A stretch of DNA of 60,400 bases. It comes from Hydrolagus affinis. Taxonomy: Eukaryota. Below the pieces are notes generated by a model. It made no database searches. It was not told where the DNA came from and saw nothing but the letters and a program-made list of their open reading frames with translations. Below are positions 1-11,100 of the stretch, piece by piece. A program made the position numbers and the translations under genes. Numbering within the stretch: the stretch's first letter is position 1; each line of letters starts with the position of its first letter. The stretch covers positions 1 through 60,400 of the forward strand of contig JAAILG010001904.1 of the NCBI GenBank assembly GCA_012026655.1. Reading direction: 5' to 3'.

Positions 1-127
1 CATATCGATTTTTACCTCGATATATCGTTTTTTCGATTTATCGATATTTTTAAAATCACCATATCGGCATATCGATTTGAAAATCATATCGGGTTTTAGC
101 GATATATCGAAAAATCGCCGGACCCTA
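1..127. mobile_element. Terminus of a probable hAT-type DNA transposon/MITE, truncated by the window start
   Basis: Six ATATCG subterminal motifs and 12 CpGs in 127 bp. It ends in CGCCGGACCCTA (reverse complement TAGGGTCCGGCGAT), resembling TAGGG-start TIRs of fish hAT elements, followed by an abrupt switch to CpG-poor DNA. Confidence 0.65.
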
Positions 128-587
128 CTATCTACTCTATTTAAACTCAAACCTTCTTGATGACTTCAGATCCCAACTTTATGCTTCACATCAGATATTT
201 TCAATGATCCCTGAACTGGATGACCTTAGCTTTTGTGAAGTCTGTACACGCCTGGTCTGACGACATTGGGAGTGAAAAATGTGACATGGTGTGACGTTAT
301 AATCATCCATGGTTAAATTCAGTACCATGGGTTAGCAAAGATACCAAGACTGTAGAAGTTCTTCAGAACATTTCCATATATCCTAAGGCACATTGGAATT
401 GGGGTCAACTATTCAGCCTGTCGAACTTTCTCTGCCAGTTTATTAGACCACAGTGGAGCACACCAAGAATATCCAAGATGTTTGGCACCTGCCTACCCAG
501 TTTTTTTTAAAAAAAAGTTAAGCCTGCTATTTTGCTGCAGTTTCAAAAATCCAAATCCCTACAGTAGTAACAACAACTTTGATTTAT

Positions 588-609
588 TTGTTGTTGTTGT
601 TGTTGTTGT
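588..609. repeat. (TTG)n microsatellite
   Basis: About seven TTG units, seen directly. Confidence 0.9.
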
Positions 610-1471
610 CAGAGTAAGCAAATCTTTGAAACTTGTCATCAGGAATACATTTTTTTTGATTCCCATACAGTGTTTGTTCAGTCCCATCGGAGACTATTTT
701 ATTCCTCTCTTTAGATTAGGTTCTCTCACTAAGACCGGTCCATAGTCTCTCGGGCCTTGACTAGCGTCACTCTGTAAATAGACTTAGGAATGTGTCCTCT
801 ATTTCTCCCGATCTCTCTGCAGGGAAAGCAGCTGGATACTATTTTGTGCCTCCACTTTCCCACGAACAGTCGTAACTCGCCAACTCTCCTGCTTTATATT
901 ACTATTATTTGTTCCACATATTTTTACAACCCTTTTGTCTCGCGAGTCACTCCTGTGAAAAAAAATTGTTCACACAGCCAGAACTAAAACAAGATGACCA
1001 TAAAACGACAGGAAAATAAAACGTTAAGTCTAAATGCAAACATACTAAAGGGGTGGAGGGTGGTGGGGGGTGGGGGGGGGGCGCATGGAAGCAAAAAGTC
1101 TTCTTTTGCTCTCAACTCTCCTTTACAAAAATTAATGCTCTTAATACACTTAAGGAATATAATTAAATGAGCAACTTTTAAAGATATGATATGAGTTTCC
1201 TATCTTTTGTCGAGAGAAACAAATTTTTAATTAAAAGTTAGGAAGCTTATTTTTTCTATTCTCATTTCATAGATTCAAATCCACTTAATTTCAGAGCATC
1301 CCCCACCCCACCATGTAATTATAATCACTCTCCTCCCATTACATCCAGACATAATAGAGGATGACCAAAAAGTTATGATATCTACCGTTTTATCTAAAAC
1401 AAACAAATATATAATTTCTTTAAGACTTATTATATATTATAATGGTATCACAATGTTTTGGTCACCCAATG

Positions 1472-1551
1472 CAAATGGATTGCTCTTAAAAGAGTCAGTA
1501 CTGACACAATGGGCCATACAGTCTTCTGTGTTGTAAATATCTCTGGCTCTA
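1472..1551 (+). mobile_element. Old CR1-type 3' end fragment
   Basis: GACACAATGGGCC...CTTCTGTGTTGTAAATATCTCTGGCTCTAT resembles CR1 3' termini. Confidence 0.5.
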
Positions 1552-1780
1552 TATGCTACCAACTATTGTAAACAGATTTATTCTGCGCTCAGTTTTCACC
1601 AGTTAATTGGTATTACTGGTTACTTTGCTGAAAAATTCTGCTCTTGGACTTCAATCATGGTGTTTCTAACCTGGGACCTACAGTTCACCTCTAAATGCAA
1701 AATTGGAATAGGAGTAGGTCATTTGGCTCGTTGCATTTGTTTCTCCACACATCATGTTGAGGTCCAAATCCCTGACTCTC

Positions 1781-1835
1781 TAGTGCCTTGAGACGTCTTC
1801 CCATCATGAAAGGCACAATACAAATGTAATTTTGC
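1781..1835 (+). mobile_element. L2-type 3' tail fragment
   Basis: GTGCCTTGAGACGTCTTCCCATCATGAAAGGCAC...AAATGTAATTTTG matches other L2 tails in the window, e.g. 25028-25089. Confidence 0.65.
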
Positions 1836-1914
1836 ATTGCTCTGATAAGAGATGCTAATCTAACACCTCTGAAATACCAAACTCTTTCACCATTACTATT
1901 TCAATATTTTTGCT

Positions 1915-1940
1915 TTGTGTGTGTGTGTGTGTGTGTGTGT
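1915..1940. repeat. (TG)n microsatellite
   Basis: Seen directly. Confidence 0.95.
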
Positions 1941-2029
1941 AATGCAGCTTTTATTAAAAGCATTGAAATGACCGAATGAATCATCAGCACCAGTGTGGCA
2001 CTTCAAATTCTATCAAGAGAAATATTCAG

Positions 2030-2254
2030 GGGAGAAATTTCCACCTTCGTCTATATTTATTCTATTCATACAGAACACTGAGAATTTGACAAATTCTTAA
2101 ATACAGTCGTAGTTTTGAAATTGGTTTTCTGGTTTTGTTTGAGAACTGGAGAAAATTTTTTCAAAGTAAGATTCTACTCAGCAATTTGGCAAATTTGGTA
2201 ACTTTAAAATGCTACATAAATACAGCATATCTGGAGCTGTGTGAAATTTCTCCC
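2030..2254. mobile_element. Candidate old MITE (Harbinger-like)
   Basis: 12-bp inverted termini GGGAGAAATTTC (2030-2041) and GAAATTTCTCCC (2243-2254), with CAG at or overlapping both ends. Confidence 0.35.
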
Positions 2255-2908
2255 AGTAGAAATTTAGAGCCACAGAATATTGGGAGTTCTTAAGGGCAAG
2301 GATAAGTGTGAGGCATTCTGTCATTCACAAGGTGGTATCTCATAACTCACTGGCTTAATGATAAGGCTTTCAAAAGAAGAAAGAACTGCCCTAATATAGC
2401 ATCACTGGGGAGATAGATAGTTTTGCCAGCTCTTTCTGTACGCAATGAAAACATGATAAACATGTTTGCCAGCTGAATTATCATGCACACCAGAAGCACA
2501 GCATATTATACAGGTGGATTTTGCTTTTCAGGTTGGACTGCTGCTAAAGTAAAGATTGTTGCTCTGAATTCATATCCTGTTCTGTGATGGAGAACAAGCG
2601 TTGTTTATGAGAAGCCTCCTTTAATCAGGAAATTATCTATAACACCAAGAGAATGTTTCTCATCCATTTTCTTACAACACTAATTAGCCAATCTATAAGA
2701 ATTTCATTATTTGTTATCAGAGAATTTCATCTGAAGGTAAGTGAAAACAACAATAACTGTCACATACTGCATAAGTATTCAGGTCACATAAATCTAGAGT
2801 GAAGTTGTTGGAAAACAAACAATTTCTGGCTGATAAAATCTCAGAGTCTAACCACTATAGAGGCACAACACAGAGTGGGGGGGCTTTGTAGTTTCCAGTG
2901 AAGTCACT

Positions 2909-3058
2909 TTGTGGTTGTTTGTGGGACACTGTTGTGGTTAAATTGGCTGCCTTGTTCACCTATAAATACACATTCACTACACACTTAGGGTGTATCATGC
3001 AAAGTGCTTTGAGATGTCCTCCTGATCTGTATGGCATACATTAAATGGAGGGATTATT
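2909..3058 (+). mobile_element. Old Deu-type SINE 3' fragment
   Basis: GTTTGTGGGACACTGTTGTGGTTAAATTGGCTGCC...GTGCTTTGAGATGTC...GGATTATT; a diverged match to the young SINE 3' half. Confidence 0.65.
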
Positions 3059-6000
3059 GGTAAGTGCACTGAGAAGCCTTCTCAGAATCATCTGCTTAAA
3101 GTGAGGCATTGCAAGCTTCTTTAAATTCTTATTTTAAATAAACTATTATGATTTACCATCAAACTGCTGCCAGGAAATGACCAGGCAGTTATGATGTTAT
3201 AGTCTGGCAATCTTGTCAAAGGTATTCATAATTATCAGGCAACCAGTAATATCATATTTAAAAATAACAGCGCTGGAAATCTGAGTGACATTCATAATAA
3301 TCCCTTCAGCAAATAAAATAAGTGCAGAAAGACACTGTGGAAAAAAAAATCCTCAGAGTGTGAGGATTTAAAAATGTATCTCTAGTAACTTTTGAGAATG
3401 GAGAATTCCTAAATCTTGCTTTTAATTCTAAAGAGGATTTCATTTTTTTAAATAATGCTGAAGATATATTTTAGTGAAAAAAAGATTTTGTACAAATTCA
3501 CTTCAATGCACTATTTTTTAATGTCAAAGTGTTTTCAGAAGTTATACAAACTTTTACTATCTAGTTAATCCAAGTCTTTGCCGCCATGTAAATTTCTGTT
3601 CCTTTCATCTCGGTGAAATAGCCTGCCTTCAATGCACAGGAATATTTCAATAATTAGTCCTGTGTCAAAGATATATTAATAAATCCATCCTTGTAACTTA
3701 ACGTTAGCAGAGATACAACATAATTCCTTCCAAAAGATGTTTTTCAGTTCAAATGGTATTCCTAAAAATGTCGATCCTACATAACATGAAGTTTTTCTTA
3801 ACTAAAACAGATTTGTTTTTACACAAGATATCATGCATTGTTCAGCATATGATGAAGAGATCAGATTATCTGCACTTTCTGGCACAAACTCAAGATCAGT
3901 AGGCGCCAGTGCTTTTATCATCAGAAGAACATCTATAATTCCACCAAAGCAGATCTTAACATAAGGAAGATGCAATACCACTATGGAATCCTTGCAGTCG
4001 CATATATCGTTTAAAGATTCACCAAGCAAAGGGCATTGGCATTTCAAGATGCTCTGTGGATCCTTATCTGATGCATTTTCAGGTCTAATTTGCACAAACA
4101 TTCATCAGTGAACAGAGCAACACGAGCAGCAAAAATCATTTTCTGCATAGGTGTTGTTCTTCCAAACTCATCTCTCCTCTTTATGAGTTAATTCTGCTCA
4201 AAACCAACGGGTCCCATTTAACACTGTCGTATTTGCGCTGACACAAATTCACTGCTTAATTTGTCACTTTACACTGCATTTTAATAGACAGCAAAAATAC
4301 ACTTTAAAAATGTGCTCAGCACAATTGGTTTGAATTGTATTTGATTGTTGTCACTCAGGGTGTCATTTTATGTCATGAATGGAGGAACAATTTCTTCTGG
4401 AGTCCAAGTGGTGGCAAAGGATCTACATCTTCAGATATCCTATTCTCTTATTATCTAGCAAAGCATGCCTCCATTTTCTCTCGCAACTACATACTGTACT
4501 GCCCATAGACATTACCGTTTTGCCTAACTTCTCCTGAAAAGATGGACAGTTGTGTTTGACTGCCAATGTAATTGACATTCATAATGTAAGTACAGAGTGT
4601 TTCACAAATTGCATTGAAATTCAAAGGTCTGAACTAACTCAAATGCTTGACATCCTCTAGCAACCAGAAAGCTGCTGTTAAACACAGCGTTGATCAGTGA
4701 TATTTATCAGTACAGTACTGTATTTGCAAAGCAGATGTCACTGGCCAACTGAAATGTCCAGTTTGTGACCCACCACTGCCTTTGCGCCAGTTCTTGGTTG
4801 AGAAAAGGGTCATTAAGTACCAAAAAAAAAGCAAAGCACTATTCCCCCCCCACCACCCAGATTTTAATATTACAGTAACTGATTTGAGGAAACAGCTTGA
4901 TCTAACGTTCCAATCTGTTGGATTGGCTCTGAACATGTTGCATGTGTTAAGCAGTATCTTTCTGCTGATCTACACAAGATCTATTTCAACAGAGAGCAAT
5001 GTATTTAACTCTTAATGTGCCAGTCACTATTTATATTGTCAATTGGCTAGTTTCTCCACTTGTCATAATGTCGTCTCGGCGTCAAATTTAGATAACATGT
5101 GTCAATTTGATAAGGATACAGGGACAAAGATGTTGGCAATGGAAAATGCTTCTAAAAAGATAAATGTAATGATGGAGGAGTGTTGCACCACTACCCAGTG
5201 GATGTGTTAGCATAGCCAGTACAGGAGTCACAAAAGTCAACCCTGCACTCTTGGTGAAAATTTGCAGGCAGTAAGTGTGCAGAGTGCTTCACAAACCTTA
5301 TTGAAATTCAAACATCAGAGTTGACTCAAATCTGTCAACATAAGGAGCAGACTTAAGAGAAAACGTAATCAATATTTCTTAGAACTTTCTTATGGCCGTT
5401 GATGGAATCTTATCCGCCTGATTTTTCATCTCCCATTCAAATGCCAGCGGGAATTGTTCAATGTACTTTATCTCCAAAGGCTAATTTAACATAAATTTTA
5501 AAGATTTTTCCATTAAATTTCTTGAATTTAAGCGACAATGGTGGTCGATCTAAAAAATCTTGCGTTCTTAAAATTGATGAATGGCTGAAGAGAGAAATAA
5601 AGATTTTCTTTAGGCATTCCCTTAAGATGTATCGCTCTAAGACATTTTATTGTAATATTAGTCATCACAAATTGACAAGTTGCAAAACCTCATGAATGTC
5701 TGATGCATATCGACTTCTTATATATAGAAGCCAACTGACTCCAGTGTTTGTCATGTTAACTTGAGGTGCGGTCAGGGCTCCAGGCATCCTGAGTTATAGA
5801 TTGTCTCACCAGAAATGGGAACCCTAGGGCTAAAGGTTACCGCACAAGCATGACATTAGATCTGTGTACTTTTAAAGAAATTGCTCTTTCGAGACAGCTT
5901 AACTGGGATTCCGACGTAAGAGGCACTCTATAAATGTAATTTTGTTGTTGTTGGTGCCATGAACATTCACTCTCCATTTAGTGCCTGCACTGACACAATG

Positions 6001-6523
6001 CTAATGGAACTGAAACATCAATTGTTGCTCACTTGCTTGAAGCAGTTTTTAGAAACACACAGTCCTGATATACATCGCAGGCCTCTCCGTTGTCTTGCAA
6101 CTTCATCTCCTTTCTGACCCTCAGCTCCACCATTCAATTCAAAATATGCGTCAGTCCGATAAATCCATTTAGCCAATTAAGTCTTATTATGATGTGGCAA
6201 TACACCAGCTCTTTGATCTGATTGAATTAGCATGGAACAGGTTTAAGGGTGGGTGCCACTGTAACCCCAAGATGATCCAATATGTGTGCTGATCTGGTTT
6301 GTGCATGTGGAGACCTGAACTGTACATTGCAGCAACGTCAGAGGACTCCAGACAATGATAGATCCTGGGGTTTGTCAGTTTTGGATTATCTCCCAGACCT
6401 ACCCACATTAAAAGAAAACATTGGCATTCCACCAGGATACAGGAGGAGGCAGATTCCATGCGCTGTGTTAAACTAAGACGTGTTGATGTGGTATATAGTT
6501 TTCACCAACATGTATGTCTTTAG

Positions 6524-6748
6524 CTAAACAAAACACAAAATACTACAGATGCTGGGAATCTGAAACAAAAACAGAAGTTGCTGGGGAAACTCAGCAGGTC
6601 AGGCAGCATCCATGGAGAAAGGAAAAAGAGTCAACGTTTAGAGTCAACCCTACAAAAGGGTTGTAGACTCGAAACATTGACTCTTTTTCCTTTCTCCATG
6701 GATGCTGCCTGACCTGCTGAGTTTCCCCAGCAACTTCTGTTTTTGTTT
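6524..6748. mobile_element. Foldback element of the Penelope-derived type common in chondrichthyans, with an 11-bp TSD
   Basis: 83-bp inverted arms (6563-6645 and 6666-6748, 2 mismatches) flanked by the direct repeat TATGTCTTTAG (6513-6523, 6749-6759). The family assignment is from memory. Confidence 0.75.
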
Positions 6749-7157
6749 TATGTCTTTAGTTGTTATGTTCCCTTCAAGAAAAATGGGTTTTGTATTCTAG
6801 TTTGTCCACACACGGCCTGCAGTGCTGTATAGTAGTCTAAAATGCCGGCTGTGAATGCCATAGCAACACAACACGACAAATCATTGTGGGTTTTCATGAC
6901 CATTCACCTTAAAATTTAATCACGAGGATCATGGACTAAGAATCATTTATCCAATCATTTCAGAGAAATAGCTCCAAACACGAAGCTGCTTCAGCAAAGG
7001 GCCAGACGCTGGTGATTTAGTGTAATTTGTTGAAGCATTTCACTTGCTTGGCACCCCACAATGATTTACACGCAAAAAAAAATCAGCTGGCCACTTTCGC
7101 TTACGTTAACCACAGCCCTCCTGATATTAAAGGGATTTAGATTGAGAAATATTAACC

Positions 7158-7197
7158 TTTTGTTAAAAAAAATGCAATTTTGTTAAAAAAAATGCAA
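7158..7197. repeat. Perfect 20-bp tandem duplication
   Basis: TTTTGTTAAAAAAAATGCAA x2. Confidence 0.9.
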
Positions 7198-7469
7198 TGT
7201 GAAGCATTTCATTTTACTCAAAAGAATTACATTTTTGATGTAGTTTTATGAAGTCACAGCAATAATGTTAGGTTTTGAACACTAGTCTGTCTGAACTTCA
7301 CAAATGATTTCTCTAGACTATAATGAACTCCTGTATGTCTTATATTTCATCGAGCAAATAAGAACAGGGGCTGCAATTAATCTTTGACAAAACCACAAAC
7401 AGGAAACAGCTCAGACTCTATGTACTTTAAGTAGGACAAAATCTGCAGCCATGGCTGATTCAAACTTAC

Positions 7470-7584
7470 CTGTGACTAACCCCACTAATGGAAAGAACTT
7501 GTGAAATAATCATTGATCGAGGGTCAAACTAAAGCTCATCAGCAGCCATCAGTCAATGCAGAAATGCATCCAAGTCATTTATGG
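7470..7584 (-). other. Putative 115-nt internal non-coding (5'UTR or poison) exon
   Basis: Minus-strand acceptor TTTTTCTTTATGCTTGTTGATTTCTCCAG| and perfect donor CAG|GTAAGT; stop codons in all three frames. Confidence 0.45.
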
Positions 7585-8198
7585 CTGGAGAAATCAACAA
7601 GCATAAAGAAAAACTAGATCACTCTTCAATCTGCATTTCTACACTCTTCTTTACAGAAGAAAACTAAAACAGAAGCACTAACCCAGAATATGCTTCTGTT
7701 GTACATCAGCGTCCAGTGATTGGCTCCACAGTTCTCACTAACTCTGCAACTCAGAAGGAGCGTAATCCTCACGACTGCAGTTCGTAGAGCACGAAAGGTG
7801 CCAAGTACCTTCAAACATTGTCTCAGTCGGCTAACAGGAATTACCCTAAATACACTCCTGCACCAGGCAACATTTTAAACCTTTATTCGTATAGGTTGAC
7901 CTATGTAGGACCCGACACAGTATGTCCCCCACTCACTCCGCTAACCTGTTCTGCAGAACTCTAGCTGTGTACCTGAATTGAAGAAACTAGAAGGAATACG
8001 TGCCTGACAAAGTAAAGATAAGAGAAGCGTTACAGACGGAAAAACAGCATTCCTACCCACTCCCCATAATAAAACCAGAAACCTGTCTTTCTTAGCTTAT
8101 TTGAAAGATTTCCCAGTTCAGCTTTGTGTCTAATGAACTGCCAGGCGCTTTGTGTTTCAGCATAGAATGTCCTATTAAACCATCACCATATCCATACT

Positions 8199-8298
8199 NN
8201 NNNNNNNNNNNNNNNNNNNNNNNNNNNNNNNNNNNNNNNNNNNNNNNNNNNNNNNNNNNNNNNNNNNNNNNNNNNNNNNNNNNNNNNNNNNNNNNNNN
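8199..8298. other. Assembly gap (100 N)
   Basis: Run of N; the right edge falls inside a SINE. Confidence 1.
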
Positions 8299-8553
8299 GG
8301 GCGAAACCTTGGGCAAGTTTCCTTACTCCACACGCCTAATAATAATCCCTCCAAAAAAATCACAATAATAAAATTGGTCATTTCAATCCACGACTGTGTG
8401 TGGGACACTGCTGTGCGCAATTGGCTGCCACGATTCGCCCACAAATATATACAGTCAATTCACTTTACAATATATTCTGTGAAGCGCTTTGGGACATTGA
8501 TAAAATGTGGAAAGCGCTATATCAAATGCAAGGATTATTATTATTATTATTAT
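8299..8553 (+). mobile_element. tRNA-headed Deu-type SINE, head lost in the gap
   Basis: High similarity to full copies at 15478, 31936 and 51280; (TTA)n tail. Confidence 0.92.
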
Positions 8554-9421
8554 ACATTTTATTTAACTACAGTATAGAATTTCCTTTACATTGAAAACTC
8601 TGGGAACAAAAGGATTGAATAAAGCCAATATCTTTGGCCATTTTTAAGCTTCGTTGTTAGACAGATTCAATATTCATGCAGTATTATATTGTGAATTCTC
8701 ATGACTTTTGACAAGCTGCAGAGCTTCATAACAATCCATATTTAAATAAAAAATAGCCCGTCCTAGGAGCACAGCTTATAGCATCAATTTATGATGGGAA
8801 TTAAATTGTTATTAAAATGCTAATACTGTACTTCTGCATTACGATGTATTTTCCAATCATTTTCCTAAACATGGGTATGAAGAATTGCTATTAAGATTGA
8901 TAAAATCGTTGAGGGCAAGTGAGCTGCATGCCGCCTAGGGCTACAGCAAAATTATTCTAAACTTCAAATCATTAGTCTAGTTATACGTTTAGAAGGTACA
9001 TGCGTTACCATAATCCATGGAGACAAATTTTATTTAGTTCTGCTAATACATATTGATCAGTCCTTCCTAGGCTGCCTCAAACAAAACAGAATTACATTAC
9101 AGCAAAATTAGAGCTCGACAGTTAGGAACAAAAAAAAGTAAGGCAAGCAGGGTAAGTGCGAAGGAGGCATTGGCTGCTCTACAGGCTCAATAATGTTGGA
9201 TTCTATTCTTTCGGCAGTCGGGATTCAAAATAAGTAGATCAGACTATTCTGCAAAATGCCATTCAAGCTTGTGAGTTGTACTACAGCTACCAGGTAAGCA
9301 CGCCTGTTTACAAGACCACCTTAATGGAGAAGTTATTATAGATTCAACAGGATACAGTTCTGAGAAGGGTGTGTGAGGGGGAGAGTGTGTGGGAGGGACG
9401 GCGGGGCAAGTGCGTGTATGG

Positions 9422-9599
9422 TGGATATATTCGAGTCTTGAAGACCATTGTTATCAGGCTATTTTTTGGAGAAGGGAGGGGGGAGGCATCACAGCAAAAC
9501 CCAGTCTTGTCTTCATCCGATGGCCACACCTTCCAGTAAGTTTCTGAATAGCACAAAGAACATGAAGCCTGACTGATTTCCCTCCTCTCTTGCAATCAA
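9422..9599. repeat. Copy 1 of a ~180-bp local duplication, probably derived from an ancient SINE
   Basis: Aligns by eye to 10443-10621 with long identical runs, e.g. AAAACCCAGTCTTGTCTTCA and GAACATGAAGCCTGACTGATTTCCCTCC. Confidence 0.9.
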
Positions 9600-10442
9600 T
9601 TGGTGGGAGGGTACGTGTGGAGATGGTGTCTGTGAGTGTGTGAGAAGAGCATGTATGTGTGAAGGAGTTAGAGAATGTGTGTGTATTAGAAACACAAAGC
9701 TTTGTGATTGACCAAAGCATCCAATTACTGATCTCTCTGCCGCTGTCCAGATAAAATGGATTTACCAAGAGCCACCTCAGAGAGTAGACAGTGCATTTTA
9801 TGTTTTAATACATGGAATCAATAACAAATTTTGAATATTAATATGATGGGGGAAGGGGGAGTGATCAATTCTTGTACTAATAGTTCACACAACAATTGCT
9901 TGATCTGATATCAATAAGCACATCCACTGTATAAAATACTAAAGAGATAGCAATCCTAACTATAGTTTAGAAAATATGAATTTAAATGCAAAGCGAAGCG
10001 CATGCAGATTGACAAAACAACTTGCACTGATGTGGTTATGTATGCTAAAGGAAAAATAATACATTTATAAAATCACGGGAGAGAGGGGGAAGGGAAAGTA
10101 ACCAAGTCCAACAATAGAAAGAGCTTGAGCTGTCCATCAAGGCAATCCTAAACCTCTAAAATCCAATAAACAATGCAATAGGGCTGGGAATAGCAATTGG
10201 AATTAACCCGAACGACAGACTTTCGAAGCACAATTATAAAGACATTTTAGCTTTAAAAGATGCAATGCTGAATCTTTCAAGCAGCACTGCACAAATCTCT
10301 TAAACAGTTGAATTGGAAGTAGCAATTTGCTTGTATTTGAAAGTAAACTAAAATTAAATGTAAATCCAAAGAGACCTCAATTAGGAATTTATCTTCTCCC
10401 ATTTTTTCCTTTTAATTAGGCATGGTGCCTTACCCAAGTGAC

Positions 10443-10621
10443 TGGACATATGCGAGTCTTGAGGACGAGTGTTATCAGGCTATTTTGGAGAGAGGGGAAG
10501 TGGAGAGGCATCAAAGGAAAACCCAGTCTTGTCTTCACCCAATGGCCACACCTTCCAGTAAATCTCTGAATAGCACAAGGAACATGAAGCCTGACTGATT
10601 TCCCTCCATTCTTGCAACCAA
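10443..10621. repeat. Copy 2 of the ~180-bp local duplication
   Basis: Same orientation as 9422-9599, about 1020 bp downstream. Confidence 0.9.
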
Positions 10622-10889
10622 CTGCTCCGCTAGCTGGGATAAGTAATCTTAAAGGGAGGAGGGAGTGTGTGGGAGGGGAATGCACTATAAGAACTGACTG
10701 CCAACAGAAACAATGGCTGCTATTTAGAAATGGTATGAAGCTTTAGAAGTTTCCTTCAAATCAATAGTGTTTTAATTGAGTGGATGTGACAGCCCGCCCG
10801 TCTTAAAGTAATCCAACCCCTCAGCTGTACAGTGATCATTAAATATTTATTAGTGGCTCAGGCAGATTATGAAGTAAATCAGCCACCCA

Positions 10890-11100
10890 GTCTGGGATGA
10901 TTCCAGGTTTGATTCCCCTCGCTCCCACATCAGCTGATCTCATCTTTAGCAGTACTAAGGACACGATAATTGGCCTCCATCGTTCCAGATTAATCAATCA
11001 TAAGAATTCAGCTCTTGATTGTTCTCCAGTGACTGGTGGAACTGCATATGAAGGGAGGACTTCAGATGATGAAAGGAATAGCTTCAACTATGTCAGCCTG
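10890..11100 (+). mobile_element. Highly decayed ancient SINE-like element
   Basis: B-box-like CCAGGTTTGATTCCC followed by AGCTGATCTCA...AATTGGCCTC...TCCAGTGAC, resembling an old shark SINE as I recall it. Confidence 0.4.

Noticed and set aside
1049-1082. G-rich tracts (also about 37438-37464 and 60247-60276) as functional G-quadruplexes
   Set aside because: They may fold, but such tracts are common here and nothing indicates function.
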